Source of the DNA: a virus
Taxonomy: Duplodnaviria; Caudoviricetes
Strand: one strand, 5' to 3'
DNA length: 57,791 nucleotides
Virus record (IMG/VR): IMGVR_UViG_3300012676_000003
Location: 1-57,791 of that record
This document shows positions 1 through 7,548 of this stretch, piece by piece. The position numbers were made by a program, and so were the translations under genes. Every line of letters starts with the position of its first letter. Position 1 is the first letter of the stretch. The notes beneath the pieces are model-generated. The model was not told the origin of the DNA and did no database searches. It was given only the letters and a program-made list of their open reading frames with translations.

Positions 1-123
1 AGTTCGGGTATTGTACGCGGCTTAGCGCTAACCTTGCTTGGCATGTTGTTCCTTTCTACCGAACCAATCTCCAGGGTTGACTACTTCGCCTTCGATTCCA
101 TCAAGTTTGAATTTGATTTGTGA
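1..123. repeat. Terminal direct repeat, left copy (probable circular-assembly overlap)
   Basis: Identical to 57669-57791; minus-strand ORFs read through the junction. Confidence 0.95.
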
Positions 124-129
124 TTTCAT
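28..129 (-). CDS. Small 33-aa protein MKSQIKFKLDGIEGEVVNPGDWFGRKEQHAKQG, first gene of the leftward operon
   Basis: Translated by hand; ATG lies a few nt after the predicted start of the leftward sigma54 promoter. Confidence 0.5.
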   Translation of the reverse strand: MKSQIKFKLDGIEGEVVNPGDWFGRKEQHAKQG

Positions 130-145
130 CTCGCCTTCGAAAGTA

Positions 146-161
146 TGCTTAACTCATGCCA
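146..161 (-). promoter_or_regulatory. Leftward sigma54 (-24/-12) promoter
   Basis: Minus strand TGGCATGAGTTAAGCA has GG and GC at the canonical spacing of TGGCACG-N4-TTGCW. Confidence 0.7.
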
Positions 162-178
162 ATCGCGTTTAATTGGGC

Positions 179-514
179 TTTCCGCTTTTGAGACACACGG
201 AATTAGCTAATTAACTGTAAGCCTTTCCGACACCCACCTTGACCTTGCACTGTCTCAAGACACCAGATTTCCGAAGAGATTAGCCATTCCACTGTCTCTC
301 CCTTTAGACATTCACCCAAGTGTAAGCCTAGCCGACACACCTTTTACTCTACACTTGTCTAGGGCACACGGTTTCCGAAGGTTTCCCACATCCCGTTGTC
401 CCGTCTCAAGACACTTGAGCTACTGTAAGCAATTCCGACAACACACCCCAGCAACACCGCCTCATCCCTAGCGCTCTGTCCTATTACAGTACGATTCTGT
501 CTCACCTTTGGACA
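179..514. repeat. ~104-bp-periodic degenerate array with TGT-N11-ACA sites (candidate enhancer array or iterons)
   Basis: TGTAAG-N5-CCGACA at 216, 321, 424; TGTCYC..GACA at 293-310, 397-413, 498-514 (partial at 179-195); TTTCCGAAG at 268 and 372. Confidence 0.8.
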
Positions 515-523
515 ATGTTGGGA

Positions 524-539
524 TGGCACGGGAATTGCA
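524..539 (+). promoter_or_regulatory. Rightward sigma54 (-24/-12) promoter
   Basis: TGGCACGGGAATTGCA is an exact match to TGGCACG-N4-TTGCW in non-coding DNA. Confidence 0.85.
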
Positions 540-551
540 GTTAGTGCGTCA

Positions 552-593
552 ATGAAATCACGAGATCAACTCACACTGCAAGCAGCAGCCTAA
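552..593 (+). CDS. Putative leaderless 13-aa peptide MKSRDQLTLQAAA (or sRNA)
   Basis: ATG ~2 nt after the predicted sigma54 start; terminator follows at 609-637. Confidence 0.4.
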   Translation: MKSRDQLTLQAAA

Positions 594-608
594 AACCACC
601 CCCAATCT

Positions 609-637
609 AAGCCCCTGCGAGCAATCCAGGGGCTTTT
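609..637 (+). terminator. Intrinsic terminator
   Basis: AAGCCCCTG/CAGGGGCTT stem ending in a T run. Confidence 0.7.
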
Positions 638-671
638 CCCTGCCGGTCCATCACTTATGCGTTAATAACGC

Positions 672-700
672 TTGCAACCTACCCCACAGTGCGTTAAAAT
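672..700 (+). promoter_or_regulatory. sigma70-type promoter of the recombination operon
   Basis: TTGCAA-N17-TAAAAT, ATG at 711. Confidence 0.6.
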
Positions 701-710
701 GCATTCTAGC

Positions 711-869
711 ATGAATGATGATCTGAAGTACACGCGAATTTGTGAGCAGTGCGGCACGAGGTTCAAAGTTAAACGGGATTGGCAGAGATTCTGCAAGCCG
801 CAATGTCGGGTAAAATACTTCTGGAAACACCACAAAGTAGTCAAAACAAGCGAGACCAAAACCACATGA
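711..869 (+). CDS. Small zinc-finger protein
   Basis: CEQC..FCKPQCR motif; ATG at 711 preferred; ATGA overlap with next gene. Confidence 0.7.
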   Translation: MNDDLKYTRICEQCGTRFKVKRDWQRFCKPQCRVKYFWKHHKVVKTSETKTT

Positions 870-2191
870 CAACCAAAACCATAGACGCAGAAATCGTTCA
901 ACCGCAGGCTTTAGCCGTGCGGGAAACTGGAGGCGCGCTTTCCTATGCCCTAGGCATCGATGAACTGCACCAAAACCTAGAGTTTGTGCGGCAGGTTATG
1001 TCCAGAGAGATGCGGGAGGGCCAAGACTACGGCAAGATTCCAGGCACTGGGGACAAGCCGACGTTGCTCCAACCCGGAGCACAAAAGCTATTGCTCACCT
1101 TCAATCTTACCGAGCAGGTCAAAAAGGAAGCTCTCCGCGAATACCCTAACCTGCACCGTGAGTACGAGTTCATAGTATGTGTCAAAGCCCAGAACGGCAA
1201 GGAATGGGACGGCGTAGGCACCTGCTCCACGCTAGAAGCCAAGTATCGGTACAGAAAAGGAGAAAGGCTCTGCCCGAAGTGCGGTAAACCTTCCATTATC
1301 CAAGGTAAAAAGGAGTTTGGCGGAGGCTGGATATGTTTCACCAAGAAAGGCGGTTGCGGCGAGAAGTTCGCCTTTGATGATACGTCAATCACTGGCCAGC
1401 ATGTCGGCAGGACTGAGCACGATAACCCGCCCGACTATTGGAATACGGTGCGCAAGATGGCGTTTAAGCGTGCCTTGGTCTCCGCTGCCATCAACGCGAC
1501 CAACACTTCGGAGCTGTGGACGCAAGACCTGGACGATACGGCACCCGCCGAAGCTCCAGAACCGAGCGTAGACGCGCCACCACCGCCACCAAAGCAAGCC
1601 ACGCCGAAGCCTAAGGCCGCGACAGACAAACCACCCGTGGCTACCGCTCAGACCCGCGCATGGATGATCTCCAAGCTGAACGCCGGGCCAGGATCACCGG
1701 ATAGGCAGGTCATCACCGAGTTTTTCGAGAAAGCTGCTGCAATCCTTCCGGGTAGCGAAATGCTGGAAGATATACCACTTGAATTCGTGCCCGTGAGTAA
1801 GGAGGAGATAGCCGCGCTACAGGAAGCAATCGCGCGGTTTGATCGGGGTGACTATGCCGAAATCCCCTACAAGCACAAAGTTGTCAATGAGACCCTGAAG
1901 GAACCAGAACAAGGCGAGCTACCCACTAAGCCTATCGAAGTACCGCGCGATGATGAACCACCAGCAGATGACGAACCATGGCGTTCGTTCCCGATGCCTT
2001 TTGGCAAGCAGGCGGGCACCGCGTTGGAGGATTTAGACCGCAAGTATCTGTTCGGGCTGTGGGCCAACTACGCCGTTGAGACTGAATACAACGGGAAGCC
2101 CAAGAAGCCCGAAACCATCGCCAAGGATCAGCTATTTCGCGAGATGCTGGATGCGGCGGGAGAACACTACAACTTCGAGAAAAAGGATTGA
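866..2191 (+). CDS. Putative single-strand annealing/recombination protein with inserted Zn ribbon and C-terminal MPFGK domain
   Basis: DYGKIPG..KPTLLQPGAQKL and NTVRKMAFKRALV motifs; CPKC..C..C insert; near an exonuclease gene. Confidence 0.6.
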   Translation: MTTKTIDAEIVQPQALAVRETGGALSYALGIDELHQNLEFVRQVMSREMREGQDYGKIPGTGDKPTLLQPGAQKLLLTFNLTEQVKKEALREYPNLHREYEFIVCVKAQNGKEWDGVGTCSTLEAKYRYRKGERLCPKCGKPSIIQGKKEFGGGWICFTKKGGCGEKFAFDDTSITGQHVGRTEHDNPPDYWNTVRKMAFKRALVSAAINATNTSELWTQDLDDTAPAEAPEPSVDAPPPPPKQATPKPKAATDKPPVATAQTRAWMISKLNAGPGSPDRQVITEFFEKAAAILPGSEMLEDIPLEFVPVSKEEIAALQEAIARFDRGDYAEIPYKHKVVNETLKEPEQGELPTKPIEVPRDDEPPADDEPWRSFPMPFGKQAGTALEDLDRKYLFGLWANYAVETEYNGKPKKPETIAKDQLFREMLDAAGEHYNFEKKD

Positions 2192-2192
2192 A

Positions 2193-2408
2193 ATGAGATT
2201 AGCTAAAGCTGTGTATTGTCCGGGTGTTGACACTTGGTATGTAAGGATAGGTCCGAGGCAAGGGGTTGATCCGATGTTCAAGCAACATAATGAAGCACAA
2301 GCCAAAATCGTAGCTAAGACAATCAACGCCACCGTCAACCGAGAACTAAAAATAAGGGGCTATGGGATCAAGCTAGCGAACACTATGGGCTTCGAGAAGA
2401 AAGATTAA
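2193..2408 (+). CDS. Hypothetical protein
   Basis: ATG directly after upstream stop; fills operon gap. Confidence 0.65.
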   Translation: MRLAKAVYCPGVDTWYVRIGPRQGVDPMFKQHNEAQAKIVAKTINATVNRELKIRGYGIKLANTMGFEKKD

Positions 2409-2413
2409 ACTGC

Positions 2414-2686
2414 ATGTATAACTATTCTGAACTCAGGCCACGAATCTTTACGGAGGAAGGTCAAAGAATGTTCCTAGCAATCCGCGACAAAACCCACCGA
2501 CTGCTAAAACTCGCTGGAGCGGTGCGCATGGAGGAAGCAATAAGCGGTTGCGGCCAGTCGGGTAGTTGTTCGTGGGATATGCTCGCTTGCGTGGACCGGC
2601 TTGTTGAATTAGGTGAAATCTGGGAAATCACCAACGGCGATGTGGCAGGTCAAGATCGTGTGTTCGTAAGTACTAAGGGGGATTGA
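2414..2686 (+). CDS. Hypothetical phage protein
   Basis: Tightly packed ORF in operon. Confidence 0.75.
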   Translation: MYNYSELRPRIFTEEGQRMFLAIRDKTHRLLKLAGAVRMEEAISGCGQSGSCSWDMLACVDRLVELGEIWEITNGDVAGQDRVFVSTKGD

Positions 2687-2919
2687 GCATGAAACTGAAA
2701 TACCGCGTTATTAAAAGGGAGGATCGGTTTATCGCACAGTGTCGTTATTGGTTCACTTGGTGGGTGTATTTAGAGCGTCCGTATTTTCCAGAAGTGAACA
2801 CGGAACCATATTTTTCTCATGCCACCATGGAGGGGGCCGTTAAGGCTATAGATAGCTACAAAAATCGAGCCGCAGTACGAACCACAAGAAAAGCATTCTA
2901 CTACACCGAAGATTATTAA
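2683..2919 (+). CDS. Hypothetical protein
   Basis: Coupled to upstream stop; start may be ATG 2689. Confidence 0.65.
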   Translation: MSMKLKYRVIKREDRFIAQCRYWFTWWVYLERPYFPEVNTEPYFSHATMEGAVKAIDSYKNRAAVRTTRKAFYYTEDY

Positions 2920-2921
2920 AC

Positions 2922-3611
2922 ATGACTACCACAATTACCAAAGGCACAGGCAGACCCAAGAAAGGGTATTTCAACTCCGTTGGAAAGCGCATTCCCGGGG
3001 TAACGACGATTTTGTCCCGCTTCAAGGAGTCGGGCGGACTCATCCAGTGGGCGTACAATTGCGGCAAGGAAGGCATCGACATCAACGAAGCTCGCGACAG
3101 TGCGGCAGACGCTGGCACATGCTGCCATGAGATGATCGATTGTGACCTGCACCGCAAAGAGTTTCCACGCTCAGACTGGAATAAGGACATCCTAGCCAAG
3201 GCTGATCACGCTTTCCTGGCGTTCTTGGAATGGAAGGAGCAAACCAAACTGGCGCTCGCAGCTTCAGAAGAGCCTATGGTATCTGAAAGGTATCAATTCG
3301 GTGGAACGTGCGACGCGGCTTTTATGTCAGGCACGTTACGACTTCTGGATTACAAAACTTCGAGCGGGATCTACACGGACCAGCTCATTCAGGTCGCCGG
3401 GGGATACTCGTTGCTATGGGACGAATATTATCCAGACAGACTGTTACACGGCATCGATATTCTCCGGATCAGCAAGCCAAACGCGCCTGATGACCCTGTA
3501 TCATTTGAGCATCGGCATTTCAGCGCTGAGATAATCCCGCTGTGCCAGCGTCAATTTCTACTGTTCAGGGAGGCATACGACATCGATAAACGATTGAAAG
3601 GATTGTTATGA
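2922..3611 (+). CDS. PD-(D/E)XK-family exonuclease
   Basis: PGVTTIL, GTxxH, E..GGTCD..LLDYKTS..Q..Y motifs. Confidence 0.85.
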   Translation: MTTTITKGTGRPKKGYFNSVGKRIPGVTTILSRFKESGGLIQWAYNCGKEGIDINEARDSAADAGTCCHEMIDCDLHRKEFPRSDWNKDILAKADHAFLAFLEWKEQTKLALAASEEPMVSERYQFGGTCDAAFMSGTLRLLDYKTSSGIYTDQLIQVAGGYSLLWDEYYPDRLLHGIDILRISKPNAPDDPVSFEHRHFSAEIIPLCQRQFLLFREAYDIDKRLKGLL

Positions 3612-4024
3612 CCTACACACCACGCTTCCACCTGAATCAAAAAGTATTCGCAGTGAGTTATGACCATGGACTTATCAAGGCATCGCCGTGTCGCGCGTGC
3701 GAAGGGGCCGGAACTGTCACGATAAATGGAGAACAATTTCACTGTCCTAAGTGCCGAGGAGGACAACGCCAAAGCTATCATACGCGCTGGTTTATCGTTG
3801 AGAAAAGCGAAATTGGTCAAGTCCGTATCGAGGCTACAGCGGAACAATATACGGATGGCTACGACAAAAAGCTGTTGGTGATTCAATACATGCTTCGCGC
3901 AACCGGGGTGGGTAGTGGAACAATCTGGGATGAGGAAGGACTATTCGCCACCGAAGAGGAAGCCAAAGCCTTTTGTAATGAACAGAATGCCGAAGTAGAA
4001 AAGCGTGAACTAATAGAAAAATGA
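3608..4024 (+). CDS. Hypothetical protein with CxxCxGxG zinc finger
   Basis: CRACEGAG and CPKCRGG. Confidence 0.75.
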   Translation: MTYTPRFHLNQKVFAVSYDHGLIKASPCRACEGAGTVTINGEQFHCPKCRGGQRQSYHTRWFIVEKSEIGQVRIEATAEQYTDGYDKKLLVIQYMLRATGVGSGTIWDEEGLFATEEEAKAFCNEQNAEVEKRELIEK

Positions 4025-4215
4025 ACCTAATCGACACCGCAACAAAGGAACGGCAGGAGCTGATCCGCCGTACGCAAGACTGGAAATCAACCGCCGAGAG
4101 CCTGGCCGCTCGGGTCATGCGGCTCCAGGAAGCCAATGAACGGGCCGTGGCGCTTCTGGAAAAGGGATCTACGTGGCGAGCTCGGCTGGAACTACTGGAA
4201 GCAACTAACGAATAA
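4021..4215 (+). CDS. Hypothetical coiled-coil protein
   Basis: Coupled ORF. Confidence 0.65.
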   Translation: MNLIDTATKERQELIRRTQDWKSTAESLAARVMRLQEANERAVALLEKGSTWRARLELLEATNE

Positions 4216-4216
4216 T

Positions 4217-4693
4217 ATGGACGAACCCGAAATCTATTTAGGCGATGGCGCTTATGCCAAATTCAACGGCTGGGCCATAGAACTCACCACTGAAAACGGA
4301 TACGAGACCACTAACACGATCTTTTTGGAACCAGAACTCCTCAAGAACTTGTTCGACTTTACTAGAGAGCACATTCCAGAAGCCACAACCACCGATGCAT
4401 TTATGAATCTAGGAGACCACATCATACTTGCAGCAGCAGACCGCTTGCACCGACAATACCCACAACAACGAACCGATCTCTGGATCAGCACCGAAGCTGA
4501 CGGCATCCGCACCTACACGGCATACCTTCCGGGGAATACTGTGAGGGAATCCGCCTTTGGAAATGCTGACGATCCCAACATCGCCGTGGACAGGCTTATT
4601 TCAGACGTTGGACCGCTGGATGACGAAACTCTGCGCCAGAAGCGTATCGCACAGCTTCAGCTAGAGCTTCAGAGCTTGACGAATGGGCAGTAA
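4217..4693 (+). CDS. Hypothetical protein (possibly two small genes fused)
   Basis: ATG 4217 follows upstream stop; internal Met (MNLGDH) after a TTT linker. Confidence 0.7.
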   Translation: MDEPEIYLGDGAYAKFNGWAIELTTENGYETTNTIFLEPELLKNLFDFTREHIPEATTTDAFMNLGDHIILAAADRLHRQYPQQRTDLWISTEADGIRTYTAYLPGNTVRESAFGNADDPNIAVDRLISDVGPLDDETLRQKRIAQLQLELQSLTNGQ

Positions 4694-4707
4694 CCCGCAT
4701 CGGGCAT

Positions 4708-4838
4708 GCTTTACGAGAGCGTGGACCAGGATGCGATCCCGAAACAATTTCGGCCCATCCTGGTCGAAAACACCCGTAGGTCGAGTCGCACTCCGCCTAC
4801 ACCGCCCCTGTTGCTCGTAACAATAGGGGCTTTTCTTT
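4708..4838 (+). ncRNA. Structured RNA motif, copy 1 (unknown family), ending in a terminator
   Basis: Four stems shared with 55257-55383 with compensatory changes; G-U pairs favour + strand. Confidence 0.7.
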
Positions 4839-5015
4839 GTACTGATTTCTCTCAAAACCACCCCGGATGTATGCCCTTTGTCCGGGTCAACAAAACTAAG
4901 GCTGTCCCATGTCGCCCGCGAGTTCACGCGAGGTTAATGCCAGAGGCAGACAGGTTGGCGGCGACTAACAAATAGCTCACCGGGGTTGCTCCCTTATTCA
5001 ACTGACGGAAGTTGA

Positions 5016-5046
5016 TCCCCCGTAACCCGATTCCGGTTACGGGGGA
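5016..5046. other. Perfect 12-bp hairpin at the end of the late operon
   Basis: TCCCCCGTAACC/GGTTACGGGGGA; no clear downstream U tract. Confidence 0.6.
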
Positions 5047-5066
5047 AAGAGGGGGTTCTGAGGTAG

Positions 5067-5261
5067 TTAGGGCTTCTCTACATGTATGCTTTTGATGGCG
5101 GGCAGGAGTCCGAACACGTTCAGAAGCCATAAAACCACCACCACCAGGACCACGATGTTGATGATCTTCTTTATCTTCGGGTCCATCGGGATGTACGTGT
5201 TCACCAGCCAGAGGAGCACTCCGACTACGATCAGGGCGATTACGATAGTGACTAAGCTCAT
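5067..5261 (-). CDS. Small two-TM membrane protein (Thivi_2564-like)
   Basis: LIVVGVLLWLVNTYIPMDPKIKKIINIVV..LWLL pattern. Confidence 0.8.
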   Translation of the reverse strand: MSLVTIVIALIVVGVLLWLVNTYIPMDPKIKKIINIVVLVVVVLWLLNVFGLLPAIKSIHVEKP

Positions 5262-5461
5262 GGTACAGGGGGAAGGTTAGGGGAGTTTGGTGCTTCAGCC
5301 TTGTATTGCGCTAGGCTCTTAGATTCTGCTCTTTCGAGTGCGGCAATGGCGTCATCAATGGTGGGCGCCGGACCTTTTATGCCCTTGGCAATCTCAATGG
5401 CTGCGGCAATGCCGAACTTGGTGCCGAAGTTGATCAATGCGATCAGCAGTTGTTCACTCAT
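5258..5461 (-). CDS. Hypothetical protein
   Basis: ATGA-coupled on both sides. Confidence 0.75.
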   Translation of the reverse strand: MSEQLLIALINFGTKFGIAAAIEIAKGIKGPAPTIDDAIAALERAESKSLAQYKAEAPNSPNLPPVP

Positions 5462-5838
5462 AATTCTGTAGCTTTAGACAAGTCATTGCGCAGTTTGGTG
5501 CCCTTGGACTCGATGAGCAGGGGCACAATACGATCAACGAATATGGTAGCCGCAAGGCGCACGGCTTCAAGTGCTCGGGTGTAAGCACCTTGATCACCCG
5601 TCTCTTTGTAGACACGCAGCGCATCGCTTGCGACCTTCGCGGCTTCACGATATTTCAGGTGCGCAGCTTCGACCTTGAGGTCAACTTCGGGCGAGACTAC
5701 ACCTTGATTGTAAAGGATGGCGTACTCCTTGGCAGCAGCATCCACGACATTGGTAAGCGTGATTGTGCCACGATAGAGCGATGTGCAGGCGGTGAGTGCG
5801 AGTAGGAATAGAAGTGATAGAGAAAGTTTATGGTTCAT
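5458..5838 (-). CDS. Lipoprotein
   Basis: MNHKLSLSLLFLLALTA-C lipobox; start at ATG 5838. Confidence 0.75.
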   Translation of the reverse strand: MNHKLSLSLLFLLALTACTSLYRGTITLTNVVDAAAKEYAILYNQGVVSPEVDLKVEAAHLKYREAAKVASDALRVYKETGDQGAYTRALEAVRLAATIFVDRIVPLLIESKGTKLRNDLSKATEL

Positions 5839-5839
5839 T

Positions 5840-6622
5840 TCAAAATGTAGATGGGTTGTAAGTGTTGGTGACGTATTGATGGATGGCATCTATTTGTGGA
5901 GTAGTGAAGAATGGCTGAGATCCGCTATTTGTAAAGATAACGATCTCTTTAACAGTTCCATGCCACGGAAAAGTAGCATTACTTCGCCTCCCAAGGAATT
6001 GGAATATAGCTGAGTTCTGTTGGTCAGTTTGAAGCGCTGCAATTCCATTAGTAAAATGCAACATTAATGCGCCATTTGTACCAGCCCACAAATACTCATA
6101 GTTTTTACCTATTGCGGTTTCCACTCCAATTATCGAAGGTGCCCTCCAGACACTACTGAATCCATGCCAAAGGAAAGCGTCTCCGCTGGTATCATTTTTG
6201 TCAATTAGTGATCTTGAGGGTGCGCCTATGGCATCGCTGGAGCATACCACCAGCATAGCGTTTGTGGGTGCTCCAAGTGCAGTTCCCATTCTTAGAAATA
6301 CAGTGTTGGTCAGTGTCATGAAGTCGGCACTCGCAGAATCAAATATTACAGCATTGGTAGCCCAAGCTGGCTGATCCGCAACGGTGGCTTGCACTAAGTA
6401 TCTGCTCTCAATTCTATCGGGCCATGCTGTCACGGGACTGTTGGAAAGGTCACTAGCCACCCAACGTAAATAGACTCCAGGCACACCATTAAGCTCCGTA
6501 TTTGGGCCGGTTGTGGTGTTTGAAAATATAGGCTGCTCCGCTCCACCTCCCACAAACTGAGCGCGGACAAGCAATGCTAGCAACGGCACCGCGAAGATGA
6601 TTAGCAAAACAATGCGCTTCAA
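5840..6622 (-). CDS. Signal-peptide protein, LamG/ConA-like beta domain
   Basis: TTG start overlaps upstream TGA; hydrophobic N-terminus ending VRA-Q; W.D..Q..DQP and G.VKEIVIF pattern. Confidence 0.65.
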   Translation of the reverse strand: MKRIVLLIIFAVPLLALLVRAQFVGGGAEQPIFSNTTTGPNTELNGVPGVYLRWVASDLSNSPVTAWPDRIESRYLVQATVADQPAWATNAVIFDSASADFMTLTNTVFLRMGTALGAPTNAMLVVCSSDAIGAPSRSLIDKNDTSGDAFLWHGFSSVWRAPSIIGVETAIGKNYEYLWAGTNGALMLHFTNGIAALQTDQQNSAIFQFLGRRSNATFPWHGTVKEIVIFTNSGSQPFFTTPQIDAIHQYVTNTYNPSTF

Positions 6623-7344
6623 TGGAATGCCTTGGTTGCGATGGTTTTGCGGCTCGTAGCCGACAGAAACCATACTTCCATAATGTCGGTATTGGTAAGT
6701 GTGACGGAATCACCAACTCCGATCTTCCAGCCTGTAGGCGGGGTAAAGGTCACGTTCGTAGTCGCTGCATTCGACACGCAAAGCAGCACGGAGTTGCCGT
6801 ACCCGTTCGTTTCCCCGATGACGTTGGTTACGGAGAATGGCGTAAATGTAGTGTAATTCTGCAAGCTTCCTAGCGAAAAGTCTACGGTGTTTGTGGGGCC
6901 GTCCCATGCGATATCCTCTGCTCTGGCAGTGAGCAGGAACAAGTTCGTCGTGAAATTGATGTTACCCTTATAGGTATTCACCACGGTTAGGTTCGTCACA
7001 ATCTCGTAATTAACGAAATTCGTTTCATTGAAATAGGCATTCGATACAACTGTCAGCGTCGTGATAAAAGCATTTGTCGTGTAGTTCGTGGTGACGTTAA
7101 TCGTGGTGGCATAGATGATTGTGATTGGCCCGCCCGCCTCGCCCGCCATGTATTCACGCACATCGGATAGCAGCGCCCATCGATACGCATTCGGCCCCGT
7201 CTGTTGAATCGACATGACTTCGGCACCATCCATCACCGTCTTTTGAGGGATAGCAGCGTCGTTATACCATTTGATTGCTTGGCCTAGCGCAGCCAGTGCG
7301 ACTAAGCAAACGCCTAGTCCAACCCAAAACTTTGTTTTCGTCAT
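6619..7344 (-). CDS. Signal-peptide Thr/Asn-rich beta protein
   Basis: Sec-type N-terminus; many TN dipeptides. Confidence 0.75.
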   Translation of the reverse strand: MTKTKFWVGLGVCLVALAALGQAIKWYNDAAIPQKTVMDGAEVMSIQQTGPNAYRWALLSDVREYMAGEAGGPITIIYATTINVTTNYTTNAFITTLTVVSNAYFNETNFVNYEIVTNLTVVNTYKGNINFTTNLFLLTARAEDIAWDGPTNTVDFSLGSLQNYTTFTPFSVTNVIGETNGYGNSVLLCVSNAATTNVTFTPPTGWKIGVGDSVTLTNTDIMEVWFLSATSRKTIATKAFH

Positions 7345-7347
7345 GTG

Positions 7348-7548
7348 TTATCCTCCGAAACCGAATCCAGCATCTGGATCACCGAAAATAAAGGGAGCAT
7401 CCGGATCACCAAAAAAGAAGTCTCCAACAATCGGTGGCGTTCCACCGTTAGCATACGCGACGGCAGTGTAGGTCTCTACAGCCCCAGCCTGCGTAGCATC
7501 CAGGCACTGGTAACAGCGGGCCGCAGCCATGAGTTCAGTGGGTGTCAT
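7348..7548 (-). CDS. Small CxxC-family protein (paralog 4)
   Basis: MTPTELMAAARCYQC resembles TPSQLMALGKCYC in 8947-9228. Confidence 0.75.
   Translation of the reverse strand: MTPTELMAAARCYQCLDATQAGAVETYTAVAYANGGTPPIVGDFFFGDPDAPFIFGDPDAGFGFGG

Noticed and set aside
179-514. CRISPR array or mini-array
   Set aside because: Conserved parts are 17-bp gapped motifs, the period is ~104 bp, the intervening DNA is itself partly repeated, and no cas genes are present
2922-3611. Cas4 or CRISPR-associated nuclease
   Set aside because: Lacks the four-Cys Fe-S pattern; context indicates a recombination exonuclease
4708-4838. tRNA, hammerhead ribozyme, SRP RNA or CRISPR-repeat mimic
   Set aside because: No cloverleaf or T-loop, no CUGANGA core, no SRP loop motif; GAAAAC alone is too little for a repeat mimic
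4706-4975. 89-aa ORF as a protein gene
   Set aside because: Runs through a terminator; the homologous copy at 55257 is in a different frame and shows RNA-type covariation
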